Notes: generated from the sequence alone by a model not told the origin. 64,000 nt of DNA from Azolla caroliniana (GCA_043228905.1 JBHGNT010000017.1:6076001-6140000); one strand, 5' to 3'; shown: positions 25,945 through 39,369, counted from the stretch's first letter. A program made the numbers and translations.

Positions 25945-26814
25945 ATGGAAAATACTTGTAAAGTCACCGCAAAGTTCGGGGGTATGATTAATAATGAGTC
26001 GAGATCACCAACAAATCTCGATTCCAATGCAATGGAAAAAATGCTTATGAGTCACTTGATTTCTCTTCAAGAAACCATAAACAAGCGAGGTGAAGAGATT
26101 AGGACGTTAATGAAAGAGAATGCTAAGCTCCAAAGTGTTGTCATTGAGAATGAAAGTCTTAAACAAGTGGTTGCAAAACCTCAAGAAGAGATTCAAGAAT
26201 GTAAAAGAGCTTCTTTCAAAACAAATGAGCGCCTTAATAAGATTGAGTTAAAGGAAGCATTAAAAGAAGAAAAATTGGACACGATGAGGCGAGATGTAAG
26301 TGAGATGAAAAATGTATGTACAACGAAGTCATGGCCCGATGTATGTGGTGGGGATGTGCTATCAAACTCATCTAATATGCATGTGATGCATCAAGAGAAG
26401 AATATAGAAAGCATAGATGTCCGAGAATTGAAAGAACGTGAACAACGATCAAAGAACATTGTCGTTTGTGGGATTAAAGAAGAGAGTATGGAAACACCTG
26501 CATCCCTTGGAAAGGCCATTGGTGAATTTTTTAGCATGTATTATGGGATGTCAGATGTGAATGTATATGGGGCACACCGAGTTGGGAAACATGGTGTTAC
26601 TTGCTTTGGAGAAAGGCCTATTGTGTGCACAATGACAGATGATACGAAGCGGCGGATCATACTCGAAAATAGTTGGGTATACCTCAAAGGTACGCAATGC
26701 TTTGTGAGTGAAGATCACACTATCTCACAACAAAATGCTCGGCGTAAAGCATATGAAGAAAGATTGAAAAATAAGGTTAAGGATGTGCCTAAAGATGGAA
26801 ATGTAGGCAAATAG
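25945..26814 (+). CDS. LINE ORF1 (coiled coil plus RRM-like domain), intact frame, 289 aa
   Basis: Heptad-rich N half, then KNIVVCGIKE...HRVGK...RPIVC...LKGTQCFVSED pattern typical of LINE ORF1; directly precedes ORF2. Confidence 0.8.
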   Translation: MENTCKVTAKFGGMINNESRSPTNLDSNAMEKMLMSHLISLQETINKRGEEIRTLMKENAKLQSVVIENESLKQVVAKPQEEIQECKRASFKTNERLNKIELKEALKEEKLDTMRRDVSEMKNVCTTKSWPDVCGGDVLSNSSNMHVMHQEKNIESIDVRELKEREQRSKNIVVCGIKEESMETPASLGKAIGEFFSMYYGMSDVNVYGAHRVGKHGVTCFGERPIVCTMTDDTKRRIILENSWVYLKGTQCFVSEDHTISQQNARRKAYEERLKNKVKDVPKDGNVGK

Positions 26815-27754
26815 GGAAACGTGATCTATGAGGCTAACCCACGCCTTTTACGACTATGCTTTTGGAATTGCAATGGATACCCATGGAATGCAGGATTTGG
26901 GATAGAGGAGTTCACCGATGACTCGGATATCACACTTCTTGTTGAAACATGGGAGCATGATACTCAAAGGATTCAAGGTTTAGGAAACTATAATGTACAC
27001 TCTTTGATATGGAAGAAAAATCCAAGACAAAGAAGAGGACAAGGAGGGGTGGCATGTTTGATTAAAAAGGAAATAGAGAAATATATGTCAATCATAAAAA
27101 TTGATGAACATAAATGCTACATATGGCTCAAAATAGAAACACCTAATGATTTGCCCACTTTTGTAGTTGGATGTTACATTCCTCATCAAGATTCTAACTT
27201 TTATGCTTGTTTGGATAAAGATCAACCGTTTGCCAATCTAGAAGATGATATTGCTTAGTTCAAATCCAAAGGGGAAGTTATTGTCTTTGGTGACATGAAT
27301 GATCGTACAAGAAGTTTCCAACTTGATTCACAAGAATCTTTCATGCCACATATCTCAAGGATGCAAGAGCATATGCAAATGTATAGCCGCTCTTCTAGCA
27401 ATGAAAAAGATCCGGACCAATTTGGGAAGTTACTCCTACAAATGTGCAATAGTACCGGATTGCTTATTGCAAATGGTATTTCCTTATGGCCCATCACTGG
27501 TTTTACATGTAGAAAACACAACGGAAATAGTGTGATTGACTATGTGCTACTTTGTGAAGGTATTTTGGATCGTATACATAAATTCTCACTTGGTGAATGG
27601 ACACCGGAATCTGATCATAGGCCTTTATGTATTGATCTCAAATGTATGCATAGGTTTGATTGTGAGAAGGCTATTGAAGATAATAAACAACCGACCTTGA
27701 GCATGAACCTTAAGCGAGCACCAATGAATTCCAAGATAGTTGAGGATATGTTAC

Positions 27755-30700
27755 TGTAAAGAATCAAGAGATGGATTCTTGTGAAGTGGAATAGGTGTGA
27801 ACTGTGTGTGTGTGTGTGTATGAGAAAGAGAGAGAGAGATAGAGTATACGCAAGGTTAAGTATATTAACAAAGAAGAAAGACACGACACAATACAAGGTG
27901 GGAGGAGGGTGCTTTATATAGTCACCCTCTCTCTTCATTAACTACAAGGCTCATGGAACATGGGGAATGTGAAAGCTCATAAGTTATGTGTCATAGAATA
28001 TGATTCTATGACTCATACTAAATGCTAGAATACAAAGAGGTGACTTAATGGTGACTCTTAACCGTTGGAGTTTCTATTCACTCTCAAGATGAGTTCACAC
28101 ACTAGACCAAGTTGAGGTTGATTCTCAACACGCCCCCTCAAGCTCAAGTCGGGTCGGTTTAAGACGGTATCCGAAATCCGCTTTGACTCACGTTCTGGAG
28201 TCCGCGTCAACTCGTGTCGACTCGCATTTATGCGGAGTTGCGGAATCCGTGTTCCAGCTTGCGTTGTGCGTAGTTGCGAAGTCTGTACTTCGGCTTGCAT
28301 CTTTCTTCACGGTTTTGCGCGGTAGATCGGCTCTTCGCGACTTCGTTGTGCGGTTGTGGAATCCACGCGTTATTGTGTAATGTCTTTAGTACTCCCCCTC
28401 AAGCCTGACAGGTCAGGGATCGTCAATCCGAGATCGGTCATGAATTGCCATAGCTTGTCGGCTCCTAAGGCTTTAGTGAAGATGTCGGCCGTTTGAAGAT
28501 TGGTGCTAATGTGTTGTAGGTCGACATCGCCAGCTAGAACGCGCTCTCGGATAAAGTGATAGTGCACTTCGATGTGCTTTGTCCACGCATGGAACATTGG
28601 GTTTCGAGCCAGATAGATACTGCTCATGTTGTCGCAGTAAAGGGAGGTCGGATCCTTGATGGGTACGCCGAGATCCTTCAAAATCCTCTTGAGACATACA
28701 GCTTCACACGCAACTACGGCTGCGCCCCTGTATTCCGCCTCTGTACTCAAAAGAGCGACGATAGGCTGCTTCTTGCTACTCCAGGATATTGCTCTGCTGC
28801 CGAGGGAGAAAACAAATCTGGAGGTTGATCTTCTATGGGCTTTGTAGCCGGCCCAATCGGCGTCTGTGTACCCCTCGAGGCGTATTGGCATCGTTGTCTT
28901 GTAGAGGATGCCGCAATCCATTGTGCCGCTCACGTACCGTAGAACTCGCTTAGCGCAATCCAAGTGAGTATCACGTGGTGTTTACATGAATTGACTGAGA
29001 AGGCCGACCGGATAACTGAGATCGGGTCGAGTGATCGTGAGGTAGATGAGACTCCCAATGAGTTGCCGATACTGAGTCGGCTCACACACTTTGGTGCTAG
29101 AGTTCGCATCTAGTTTGAGATTGCGATCGAGCGGCGTTGCTGCGGTTTTGCACTCAGCCATCCCCAACTTGTTTAGCAAGTTGAGGATGTAGTGCCGTTG
29201 AGAGATCATGATTCCGGCCGGAGTCCAAATTACCTCAATACCGAGGAAGCAATGGAGCTCCTTCATGTCCGTCATCTCGAACTTGTCGGAAAGGAGGGAT
29301 TTGACCTTATTGATTTCAAGGAGATGCTCACCTCCAATGACTAGGTTATGCACATATAAGATGATGATGATCGGACTTGCGGAATTGCTTTGTATGTAGA
29401 AGGAGTTGTCCAATTTTGAAATACGGAAGCCGATTTGATGAAGATATTGTGTTATCTTCAAATGCCAAGCACGAGGTGCTTGCTTGAGGCCGTAGAGAGG
29501 CTTCTTGAGTCGGCAAACAACTTTTGGATGGGTGCTCGAGTTGAAGTCGGGTGGTTGGATCATGTACACCTCCTCTTCTAATTCGCCTTGAAGAAAGGCG
29601 TTCTTGACATCCATTTGATGGAGGTGCCACCCTTTCACTACGGCAAGCGCAATTACGGTCCGCACCGTTGTCATCTTTGCCACCGGGGCAAAGGTCTCCT
29701 CATAGTCAACTCTGTGCGTTTGGGCGTAGCCTTTCGCTACGAGTCGCGCTTTGTAGCGGTTAACGGAACCGTAGGCGTTGTACTTCACTTTGTAAATCCA
29801 CCTGCATCCGATCGCGTTTTTGTGTGGTGAGGTGGGAACGAGATCCCATGTCTCATTCTTGCTTAGTGCCTGCATCTCCTCGTTCATGGCTTTGATCCAT
29901 CACGGATCCTTGGTTGCTTTGGAAAAGGTTTCCGGCTCCCGTACTATTGCTACCTTCATCATAAAGGCGTAATGGTATGCCATATAATCGTTGTAGCCGA
30001 ATTGGCTTACAGGGTTCTTTTCAGGAGTGGATCGACGGAGCTTTTCATTTGCAGAGTTGAGGGCTTTCTTAGCTCCGATTGGTACATCGAAGCCGCCGAA
30101 CTCACTGTCGAGTGAGTGAGTCGATTCATCGTCGTCGAAGCGATCGTCGTCATATTCCGCCATTTTCGCCTTGCCTTTGTCCATCTTCGGGCTAGGTCAT
30201 GATGTGCTTTGATCGCTCAACAGTTCCTATGGTCCGCTCAATCGGGTCGTGATCGGACTTTCTTCAATCATGCACGTAGGATGATCTTCATCCTCGATCT
30301 CTTGGTCAGCAGATTCCGGGTCGAGCGGAGTCGGAGTCGGAGTTGTCTCTGGTGCGTACCAGGATGCGGACTTGTCAAAACCGACGACTCGACTTACTCG
30401 AGATTTTCAGGTTGAAGGGTTGTAGCACTTGTACCCCTTTTGCTCTACAATTTGGCCGACGGAGACCAAATTCTTCGTAATGGTTGGTACATGCAAGACA
30501 TTTTTAATGTAATTTTGCTTACCTTCTTTTCCGAATGGAACATTGCCAATGTGCCGAATTGGGTGGGTAGTGTCATCTCCGGTTCGACATAACGGGGTCG
30601 CTCTGGCTCTCAAAGTTCTCGGAGCCATTCTTGATGCGATGTCATATGGTTTGAGGCACCGGAATCGACGAACCATATGCCTTCCCGACCGGAGGCACTA

Positions 30701-31942
30701 GTTGAGGTAGTGGCCGACATGGAGTTTGCTCTATGTTTCATCATGAACATTCCGCCACGGTCGAAGTTGTGTGCATACATTCTGCCACGATCTTCGTAGT
30801 CGGAGTTGTGCCTGTACATTCCGCTATACTCTTCGTAGTCGGAATTGTGTGCGTAATTTGTGAGTTGTCGGCTTGTGGAAGCCAATTCACGCATCTTCTT
30901 TCGGCACTCTTCTTCGTGGTGGCCGAGCTTTACACAATATCTGCATTCGGTTGCGTTTTGACGTCTCGGGCTGGAGTGGAAGCTCCCCCTTCTTGCGAAG
31001 GTTCCTTGTTGGCCTCCATTTTGCGGCCGAAATTGGGAGTTGTTGTCGTAGGTCGGACCTCGTCCGCCTGGTCCTTGACCGAATCGGCCTCTCGCTCGTC
31101 CACGTCCTCTTCCTCCGTTAGAGTGCGTGTAGTGCATGTGGCCTTCCGACTCATTGCTCCTTGTATGCACATGGTTTTCTTTGACCAATAGCATTGATTG
31201 GAGCTCGAAGAAGGAGGAAGATTTCTCCCATGCTAGAACGGCAGTTCGCATTGCGCCGAACCGTGGTGCGAGGCCGCCGAGGCATATTTGCACCATCTCA
31301 TCATCATCAATACTTATGGTTATTGAGCTGAGAGAGTTGCAAAGCTCCTTGATCTTCAAGGTGTATGCCGTGATGGACATGTCCCTTTGTTGAATGTTGT
31401 TCAACTCTTGGTGGAGTTGAAGCTTCCTCGTGGTCGTGTTGGCGGCGAAAATCTTTCGTAGATTTTCCCACGCTTCCTTTGGTGTCTTGGCTTCTCGAAT
31501 GTAACCGAGCATGTGGTCATGAACACATGTCACCAAACAATACATCACGCGGCTTGCGGCTTGCTCCCATGTCGCGTATCCGGGAGCCGCTTCGGCGGGT
31601 TGATCTTCATGCGCTCCTTTGAGGTAGCTCCAATAGCCTTGTCCGACAAGGTATTGGTGCATCTTGTACTCCCAAGATGCGAAGTTGTTTCGATCCAACT
31701 TCTTGGTAGGGAAAGCGCTCCCCATTTGAGTATTCATTCTGTCGATTGTTCTTCTGCTTCTTCTCTCTTCGAATGCGTGCTATGTAGCGAAGCTACGATA
31801 TGGATGAGCCGGTTCTTGGTCGTCAGCGTGGAGCACAACACACGATCACGATGAGGTGAATGGGCTAGATTGAGCTACCAAATCGCTTTGATATCATGTA
31901 AAGAATCAAGAAATGGATTCTTGTGAAGCGAAATAGGTGTGA

Positions 31943-31996
<54 letters not shown>

Positions 31997-32306
31997 ATAG
32001 AGAGAGAGAGAGAGATAGAGTATACACAAGTTTAAGTATATTAACAAAGGAGAAGGACACGACACAATACAAGGTGGGAGGAGGGTGCTTTATATAGTCA
32101 CCCCCTCTCTTCATTAACTACAAGGCTCATGGAGCATGGGGAATGTGAAAGCTCATAAGTTATGTGTCATAGAATATGATTCTATGACTCATACTAAATG
32201 CTAGAATACAAAGAGGTGACTTAATGGTGACTCTTGACCGTTGGAGTGTCTATTCACTCTTAAGATGAGCTCACACACTAGACCAAATTGAGCTTGATTC
32301 TCAACA
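27755..32306 (-). mobile_element. Ty1/copia element B2 (sister of B1) lacking most of integrase
   Basis: LTRs 27755-28130 and 31897-32306, TSD GTTAC/ATTAC, iMet-type PBS 31885-31896, PPT at 28131-28139. Confidence 0.95.
28370..31737 (-). pseudogene. gag-pol: Copia gag-pol, integrase deleted
   Basis: ORFs 30610-31737 (gag/protease), 28982-29887 (RT) and 28370-28963 (RNase H); junction GQIVEQ|KGYKCYNP. Confidence 0.93.
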
Positions 32307-34796
32307 ATTACAAATGACAAAGATACAGCATGGTGCCACACTAGAATGCAAATGGGAAGCTTTCAGGAAAGTCATTCTCTCTTGTACAAACAAATGTTTT
32401 TCGTCCAACTGCACATCTTGGAAATGCACCAAGAAACTTAGGAAAAAATGGTTTGATAAAGAATGTCGTGAAGCTCGAAAGTGCCTTATGGTTTTGGATG
32501 TAGTTAAGGATAAAGAGAATTACCAAAAGCATTTGCATGAGTATAAAAGGCTTATTCAAAGAAAGAGAAGAATATGGGAAGTTACTCAACAATTTATCGA
32601 AACGCAAGAGAAAGCACATGCATGTCCTAAAGTTTAGGGAAATCTAAAGGGGAAACGTGTTGAGAGTTATGGTGACTTAACTCTTCACGATTTGTCTATA
32701 CATTGTACGAATTTATATGAGTTATCTCTTGACGGAAAGATGATGTGTTATGGTTCTCTTTCACATATGCCTCCCTTCTTTACAATTGAAGATATATGCA
32801 TAGGACTTAAGAAATTGGCTTTCGAAAGGCAAGCGATCTTCAATGTATAAAGGCTGAAATGCTAAAATGGACGGGAAAGAAAGCACATATATGGATAAGA
32901 GATATGTTTAATGATGCATTGCAACATGGTATGCCGTATGATTGGACTACAAATTGGATTAAACCTTTACATAAAGGTGGATATGTAAATAATGTAAACA
33001 ACTATCGAACTATCATGGTTTGCTCATTAATGGCAAAACTATTTGGATGTATAATGGAATGAAAGATAAATATATGGGCTGAAAAAAATGGTAAGAGAGC
33101 TTATGGACAAGCTGGCTTTCGGAAACACCATAGCACCATTGATCACCTTATCACCCTTTGAGTGTTAATGGAGGAAAGTCGCCTTAGAGGTAAAGGTTTA
33201 TATTGTTGCTTTGTAGACTTCAAGAAAACTTTTGATATGGTACCTCGTGAGCATCTTTGGAGACGAATGGAAGAACTTGAGGTGCCAAGTGAATATATGC
33301 TTGCAATTTCCCGAATTTATGAGAAGGTTATATGTTGTGTAAGCATGAGAGATCAACTTTCAGATTTTTTTCAAAAGCACTATTGGTGTTAAGCAAGGAT
33401 GCCCACTCTCACCAACACTATTTGGTCTATGCATTGATGAATTGGAAGAAATCGTTACCAAGTTTTCAAAGGAAGAATGTGTTGAAGAAGTTGCTATTGG
33501 GAATGTTGTGATTATGCTTTTGCTATATGCAGATGATGTAGTGCTTTTTGCAAATACTTTAAGAGATACACATTTAAAGCTTATGAAGGCATTGAAAATT
33601 TTTTGCATGCATACTAAATTAAGTGTCAATAGCTCTAAAACAAAGATTATGCTTGTAAAGAGCCAAAAAAGAGATAAACCATGCATTATGTACAACAATG
33701 AGGCACTTGAATGTGTGGAAAGCTTCAAATATCTTGTACTTGAAGTTCCTTCAAATCATAGATGGAATGAATGCACTACACGCCACTTAGAGGCGGGTAA
33801 ACGAGCATACTATGCATTTGAGAACACATGCAATCTTGGAGATATTAAGTGTTGGGTCCTCAAGAAATATCTTTTCGACACTTTGGTGACACCGGTTCTT
33901 CTCTATGGGGTGGAAGTATGGGGCGGTAGCATCCCTAAATCTTTGGGGCGGTAGCATCCCAAAAACATTTTCTTACAATGTTTCTACAAGTTAAGAAACA
34001 AACGCCTTACACCCTCCTCCTTGAGACGAGATCGCTTCCCATTGAGATCATGGCCATGGAAAGGGTTGTTGAATACATGCATAAGGTTCAAAAAAGTCCC
34101 TTACATCGACTTCCTAGAATTGTGTGGGAAGCAAGCAAAAAGATCCAAAAGACGCAGAAAAGCAAAATTGTGTTCCGGTTGGATGCAAGATATAGAAAAA
34201 TGGTTTGGTAGATGGGATGTGAGACACTTGCTTCATGATGCATCATTAGATTCCTCTGTAAATGAGGCCTTTTTGCAACGCCAATGTATCATGACATGGG
34301 ACAAATGTGGAGGCTCGCACTTCACACATTATACTACACATGTTGCACCTAACTACAAAACCATATTCTTTGCGGAACGGGGAAATCGTACACATCGATA
34401 CATGTTAGAGCCCATACCGTTATCTGCCATTCGAACCATTGTTTCCATGCAACTTAGCTCACATGCATTGCGATGTGAAATAGGGTGTTAGGGCACAAGT
34501 GATGAGAGTGGTCGGCTATGCACAGTTTGCCCTAAACAAGTTCGCGAGTCTAAGTATCACACTTTGATACAATGCTCTGCCTTTGATCACATTCGACCAT
34601 GCTTTCCAAATCTCTTCGACCGAGACCAATCTTTGCATGAATTCCTCTCACAACCACAATGTGCACTCTCGATTGCAACATTCATTGGTAAAGTTCTTGA
34701 ACATCGAGAGTCACTACTCACTTTCACACGTATCACGTGAAATGTAATATTTTTGGTCTCATAGGTCATATTTGACCTCCAAAGACAATAATATAA

Positions 34797-34863
<67 letters not shown>

Positions 34864-35007
34864 TATTTGTTGTCTCCCTCCCTCCCTCTCTCTCTCCTCG
34901 TTTGTGTAGTTCTCCCTCAATCTCTCTCTCTCTCTCTCTCTCTCCTCGTTTGTGTAGTTCTCCCTCAATCACTCAAACTCTCTCCCCCCTCGTTTGTTTA
35001 ATCTCCA

Positions 35008-35045
<38 letters not shown>

Positions 35046-35948
35046 CTTGTTTGTTGTCTCCCTCTCTCTTTCTCTTTCTCTCTCTCTCCCTCTCTCTCTA
35101 AAGTTTCTAAATGGATTAGCCGGCTTGATTGGCGAGGTTCAAGTCAAGCCGAGCCGAGCTCAAAACGTTAAGGCAAGTTCAAGCCTAAACTGAGCCGAGC
35201 CGAGCCGTTAAGCCACTTTAAGCCAGCTAAGTCAAACGGTTTAGGCTTGAGCCGAGCCGTTGTTGATCCCTAGAGACAGGGACAACGACAAAGATGAGCT
35301 CCCGACCGAGGACGGGGTTGACCTGGGAGTCGACAGTTCGGGGCCGACAACGATTGATGCCGAGGTCATGTATCGGTTTGATCACCTTCGTTGAAATCTC
35401 CCATCTTATATGTTGAGAAAAGAATCATTAATCCATAAGAAAAGGAATACGTTGTGCATTTCGGCTCTGAATCGTTGCGTGAGTAGGGTGGGAACCATTG
35501 AGGTTTTGGACTAGGAGAAAGAAGAATATGAGATAAGGCTAGTAATGAATATGTAGAAAGAGAGGTAAGTTATGAATCTCGTGAATTCCAAGAGTTTAGT
35601 GAATTTAATCAATATTTAGATAGAGACAATTTAAATAACAAATTCGTGAATCCCACAAATATATTTTATTGGTCAATCCTTACAAAATAATCAACAACCG
35701 TATAACTTCCTGCTTTTTCTAAAGTGTTCATGCACACTAAATGTGCATGAGTTGTTTTTCCACTATGCTTTTATTTCCTAAATATAGTGCTCATGCACGC
35801 TAGATGTGCACGAGTATTTTTTTATTGGTTTATATTTTTCTTGTAAATAAAGTATTCACACACTCTAAAAATGCATGATTTACCTTTTAATAAAGGTAGG
35901 CATAAATAAAAGTCTTATACCTATTAAATCTATATTTATAACACTTAC

Positions 35949-36018
35949 GATAAGTTAATACAATGGTAAAGTTTTGGTTTATTTACATGGAGGTATAGGG
36001 TTTGAATCCTGCCCTATG
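35949..36018 (+). ncRNA. tRNA-like cassette in family B LTR (decayed)
   Basis: taatacaatggtaaag...ggaggtatagggtttgaatcctgccctat; homologous to 43753-43823. Confidence 0.5.
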
Positions 36019-36954
36019 CATGTAATAAATATTTTAATATTTTCTTTTATTTATATATATGTACTTAAATCGGATATATTATTTTTACATTTTTTACGTA
36101 GTGTGCGGACTACACTATGACACTTGCCCCCTCCGAACCCGCACATCGTTCGGTACGTGCCGAAGTTCCAGATGCATGTTATTCGTCTTCATCCGTAGCA
36201 CTCTCCGATTCTCCCCTTATGTCGACTACAAGTTGTAGTCCACTTTCTTCGCTTTCCGTATCACCGTGATCTTTGTCCGGTTGCTCCTCGATGTCGGTCT
36301 TGTCTAGGGTTACATAGGGTTCTTTGTCAGTCCGCTTCTTGAAAATCTTCACCTGTTTCCCCATTATAGGCACCTGTAGTACTGTTCCATCTAACTCGCA
36401 TAGTCGGTAAGTTCCGTTGTCGAAAACTTTCCGAACCTCATATGGCGCGAACCACCTTTTCGCAAACTTCCATAGCATTGCATGTTGATGATCCAGACTA
36501 ATGTCATAGACAATCACCCAATCTCCTTCTTCAATCTTTCGTGGTCGTAGTCGATGCTTTGTGTCGAATCGGCTTTTGTTCCAGAATCGCGCTTCCTGTT
36601 GTCGGTGTGTTGCTTCCGCTATGTCTTCCGGTCTTCCCTCCAGTTGTCGTATCCGGACCGCTAGTAGTTATTCCCGGCTCATCTCTTCCTTCCATGACAA
36701 CATTGTCCATGTCGCAATTGCGGTTTCCATCGGCATTACTGGTGCTTGTCCGGACATGAGTTCGGCCGACATAAAACCGGTGACGGAACTATGTGTCATA
36801 TGATCTGCCCATAGTGCATACGGGAGCATCTGATGCCAATCCTTCACTCGTTGCAAGTGCTTTGACGATTGGACTATGTCCTCATTCGATCTTCCCGTTG
36901 GCTTCCGGATTGTATGCCGTTGTTAGTGTTAACCGAACTCCATGTTTGGGCAAA

Positions 36955-37302
36955 AACCTTTGCAAGTAGCCAAGCCACACCCATTCATCCAATAGCTTAG
37001 TTCAAGTCACCTTGAACTCTCTATGCTCCACACATAAACACAAAGATAATAGCTTTTGCTCTTCCTTATATATTGTGAGATCCTTATTTCCTGTCTATGT
37101 GGGATATCTCACAGTTTTATTTTTCTCTTCTTCCTTCTCATACTTCACTCCCACATAACTTGTCACTTAGATGTCCGTTTTTTATGTGGTAAAGCACATT
37201 TGAAAACTCTTAAAGACTTCCATCTTTTTGTACTAAGATATTAAACTTAGAATTAGTATGTCTTATGTGATTTTCACACCATTGCCGAAAATATCCACGA
37301 CA
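36955..37302 (-). mobile_element. Truncated family A LTR inside family B gag; other end lost with the RT/RNase H deletion
   Basis: Homologous to ~7560-7919 (cttagttcaagt.accttgaactctctatgctccacaca...gccgaaaat...cacgaca); followed by ACGT. Confidence 0.85.
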
Positions 37303-38255
37303 ACGTTTCCACCCAATCTTCAAATCCTCTCCTTGTTGCCTTGGAGGAGTCCTCGATGGCGAACGTGGTATTTAGGGCCTCTTCAAATGCTTCCCATGAC
37401 GGATTCTGTTGTCGTATGCCGTGGATACTCCCTTGAAGACCATCGGTTGCGACTTGGTTGAAGGATGTCACTTGTAATCCTTCCGAAATTCCACACCGTA
37501 GCATTTCCGCCTTGTAATCTCGCAAATACCGTGACACATCTTTCCCATTGAATTGCTTGTTCCGTTGCACGAGCCGCTCTACTATCGCCGCAATTTCCGA
37601 CATCGCGCATTGTTCTTGTAGCATCCGCTCGAACATCGCCATCATATTGTTAGCCTCTGGTTGAATTTCCATCTCCTTGCCACCCAGTTTCACGTTGGGT
37701 TCACCACTTGTGTCGTGCCTTTCGGCTCCGGATCGTTGCATGAGTCGGGTGGGAACCACTGAGGTTTTGGACTAGGAGAAAGAAGAATATGAGATAAGGC
37801 TAGTAATGAATAGGTAGAAAGAGAGGTAAGTTATGAATCTCGTGAATCCCACGAGTTTAGTGTATTTAATAAATATTTAGATAGTAAGAGACAATTTAGA
37901 TGACCAATTCGTGAATCCCACGAATATATTCTATTGGTCAATCCTACAAAATAATCAACCATATACATCTTTCTCTCCTCCTTATATAAGGATGGGAGAG
38001 ACTAAGCATAACTTCCTGCTTTTTCTAAAGTGTTCATGCACACTAAATGTGCATGAGTTTATTTTTCCACTATGCTTTTATTTCCTAAATATAGTGCTCA
38101 TGCACGCTAGATGTGCACAAATACTTTTTTATTGGTTTATATTTTTCTTGTAAATAAAGTATTCACGCACTCTAAAAATGCATGATTTACCTTTTAATAA
38201 AGGTAGGCATAAATAAAAGTCTTATACCTATTAAATCTATATTTATAATGCTTAT

Positions 38256-38325
38256 GATAAGTTAATACAATGGTAAAGTTCTAGTTTATTTACATGGAGG
38301 TACAAGGTTTGAATCTTGCCCTATG
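38256..38325 (+). ncRNA. tRNA-like cassette in family B LTR (decayed)
   Basis: Same cassette as 35949-36018, in the 5' LTR. Confidence 0.5.
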
Positions 38326-39024
38326 TATGTAATAAATATTTTAATATTTTCTTTTATTTATATATATATAGTTAAATCAGATATATTATTTTTACATTTT
38401 TCACGTAGTGTGCAGACTACACTACGACAACGTTGAAATACACAACTCTAAAACAACAGAAAACAGTGTACATAGATTTAACGTGGAAACCCAAAAAAGG
38501 GGAGAAAACCACGAAGAATGGAGCTTCACTATACATTGGATATAAAATGACGAGATTAGAGTACAACACTCTCTACACAGAGTGTAAACATCCTCTCAAG
38601 GCTCTTGGCGTACGCTGTTACTAAACACAGCTATGGCGCCGCCCACTCACTCATGCTCACACACACTCTCTTCTCTCTCACGCTACGCTATAGAGTCTCA
38701 CAGATTCGCCCGTTTCTACTTGTATCTTCATGAAACGGTTTGCCCTAAATGTATTTATACTTATGCCCTATATGGCTATTTTCAAATGTAGCCATTACTA
38801 TTGTCATTCCTATTATTATCTAATATTAATAATAGTCTAACTAATCAACCGACTCATCCGTCGACTATCAGGTCGGTTCGACTAGTCGGCCTGGGCATCA
38901 ACCATCCGGTCGGCCCGACTAGCCGGTCGTGTCTTCGACCTTGATCAACTCTCTTTGAGTCGACTCCTCAAACGTCAGCCCTCATCCGATCAGTTGGCTC
39001 CTTATAATATATATCTTCTATTGC

Positions 39025-39079
<55 letters not shown>

Positions 39080-39337
39080 CCCCCCCCCCTCGTGAGTTCC
39101 ATGCCATCTTTTTTCCTTAAGTACTCATAGTCCTCATCTTGCTCTTGTCGAATACGAGTGTATAATGGCCGTATTCACACTGTCCCTTTGGAGAGCCCAA
39201 GTTCGGGCTATTTTTGTAAATAGCATAAAGGTCAGTTGCCCTAGGATAGTCACTATATAAAGTGACTTTGTAACCTTTAGTGAAGGTTGGTTGTAATTTG
39301 TAACTGTTGCTATTGGAATATAACATTTCCTTTATGC

Positions 39338-39369
<32 letters not shown>

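Larger units (their letters stand above)
26821..34740 (+). pseudogene. LINE ORF2 (AP endonuclease plus reverse transcriptase), disrupted; split at 27755-32306
   Basis: WNCNG, LVETW, GGVA, GDMN, SVIDY, SDH (APE); NNYRTI, QAGFR, FVDFKKTFD, GVKQGCPLSP, LLYADD, FKYL, YGVEVWG (RT). Confidence 0.92.
25801..34800 (+). mobile_element. Full-length LINE, RTE-X-like, inserted in a (TC)n tract and interrupted by copia B2
   Basis: ORF1 plus APE-RT ORF2 with C-terminal Cys/His finger; no poly(A) tail; ends aataatataatcta then (TC)n; (TC)n also precedes the 5' end. Clade assignment is from architecture only. Confidence 0.85.
25509..35272. mobile_element. Non-autonomous hAT element (MITE-like), expanded by nested LINE and copia insertions
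   Basis: TIRs TAGGGATCAGCAAC / GTTGTTGATCCCTA, 8-bp TSD GAGATAGG/GAGACAGG, subterminal gagcc/aaaccgg repeats. Confidence 0.9.
35453..38429 (-). mobile_element. Deleted gypsy element, family B (Phygy-like)
   Basis: LTRs 35453-36122 and 37711-38429, PPT 36123-36134, tRNA-Trp PBS 37689-37706, TSD ACGT/ACGT (left LTR start has a 3-bp deletion). Gag QFNGKDVSRYLRDYKAEM and integrase C-terminus DWHQMLPYALWAD...RWFAPY...NGTYRL; RT/RNase H missing. Confidence 0.88.
35411..39001 (-). mobile_element. Probable copia-type solo LTR split by the family B gypsy element
   Basis: Starts TGTTGAG at 35411 and resumes at 38434. Reverse-strand U5 motif (acgtggaaaccc...aaaaccacg, ~38481-38513). (C)TTATA flanks both sides. 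Right end lacks a canonical CA. Confidence 0.6.
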
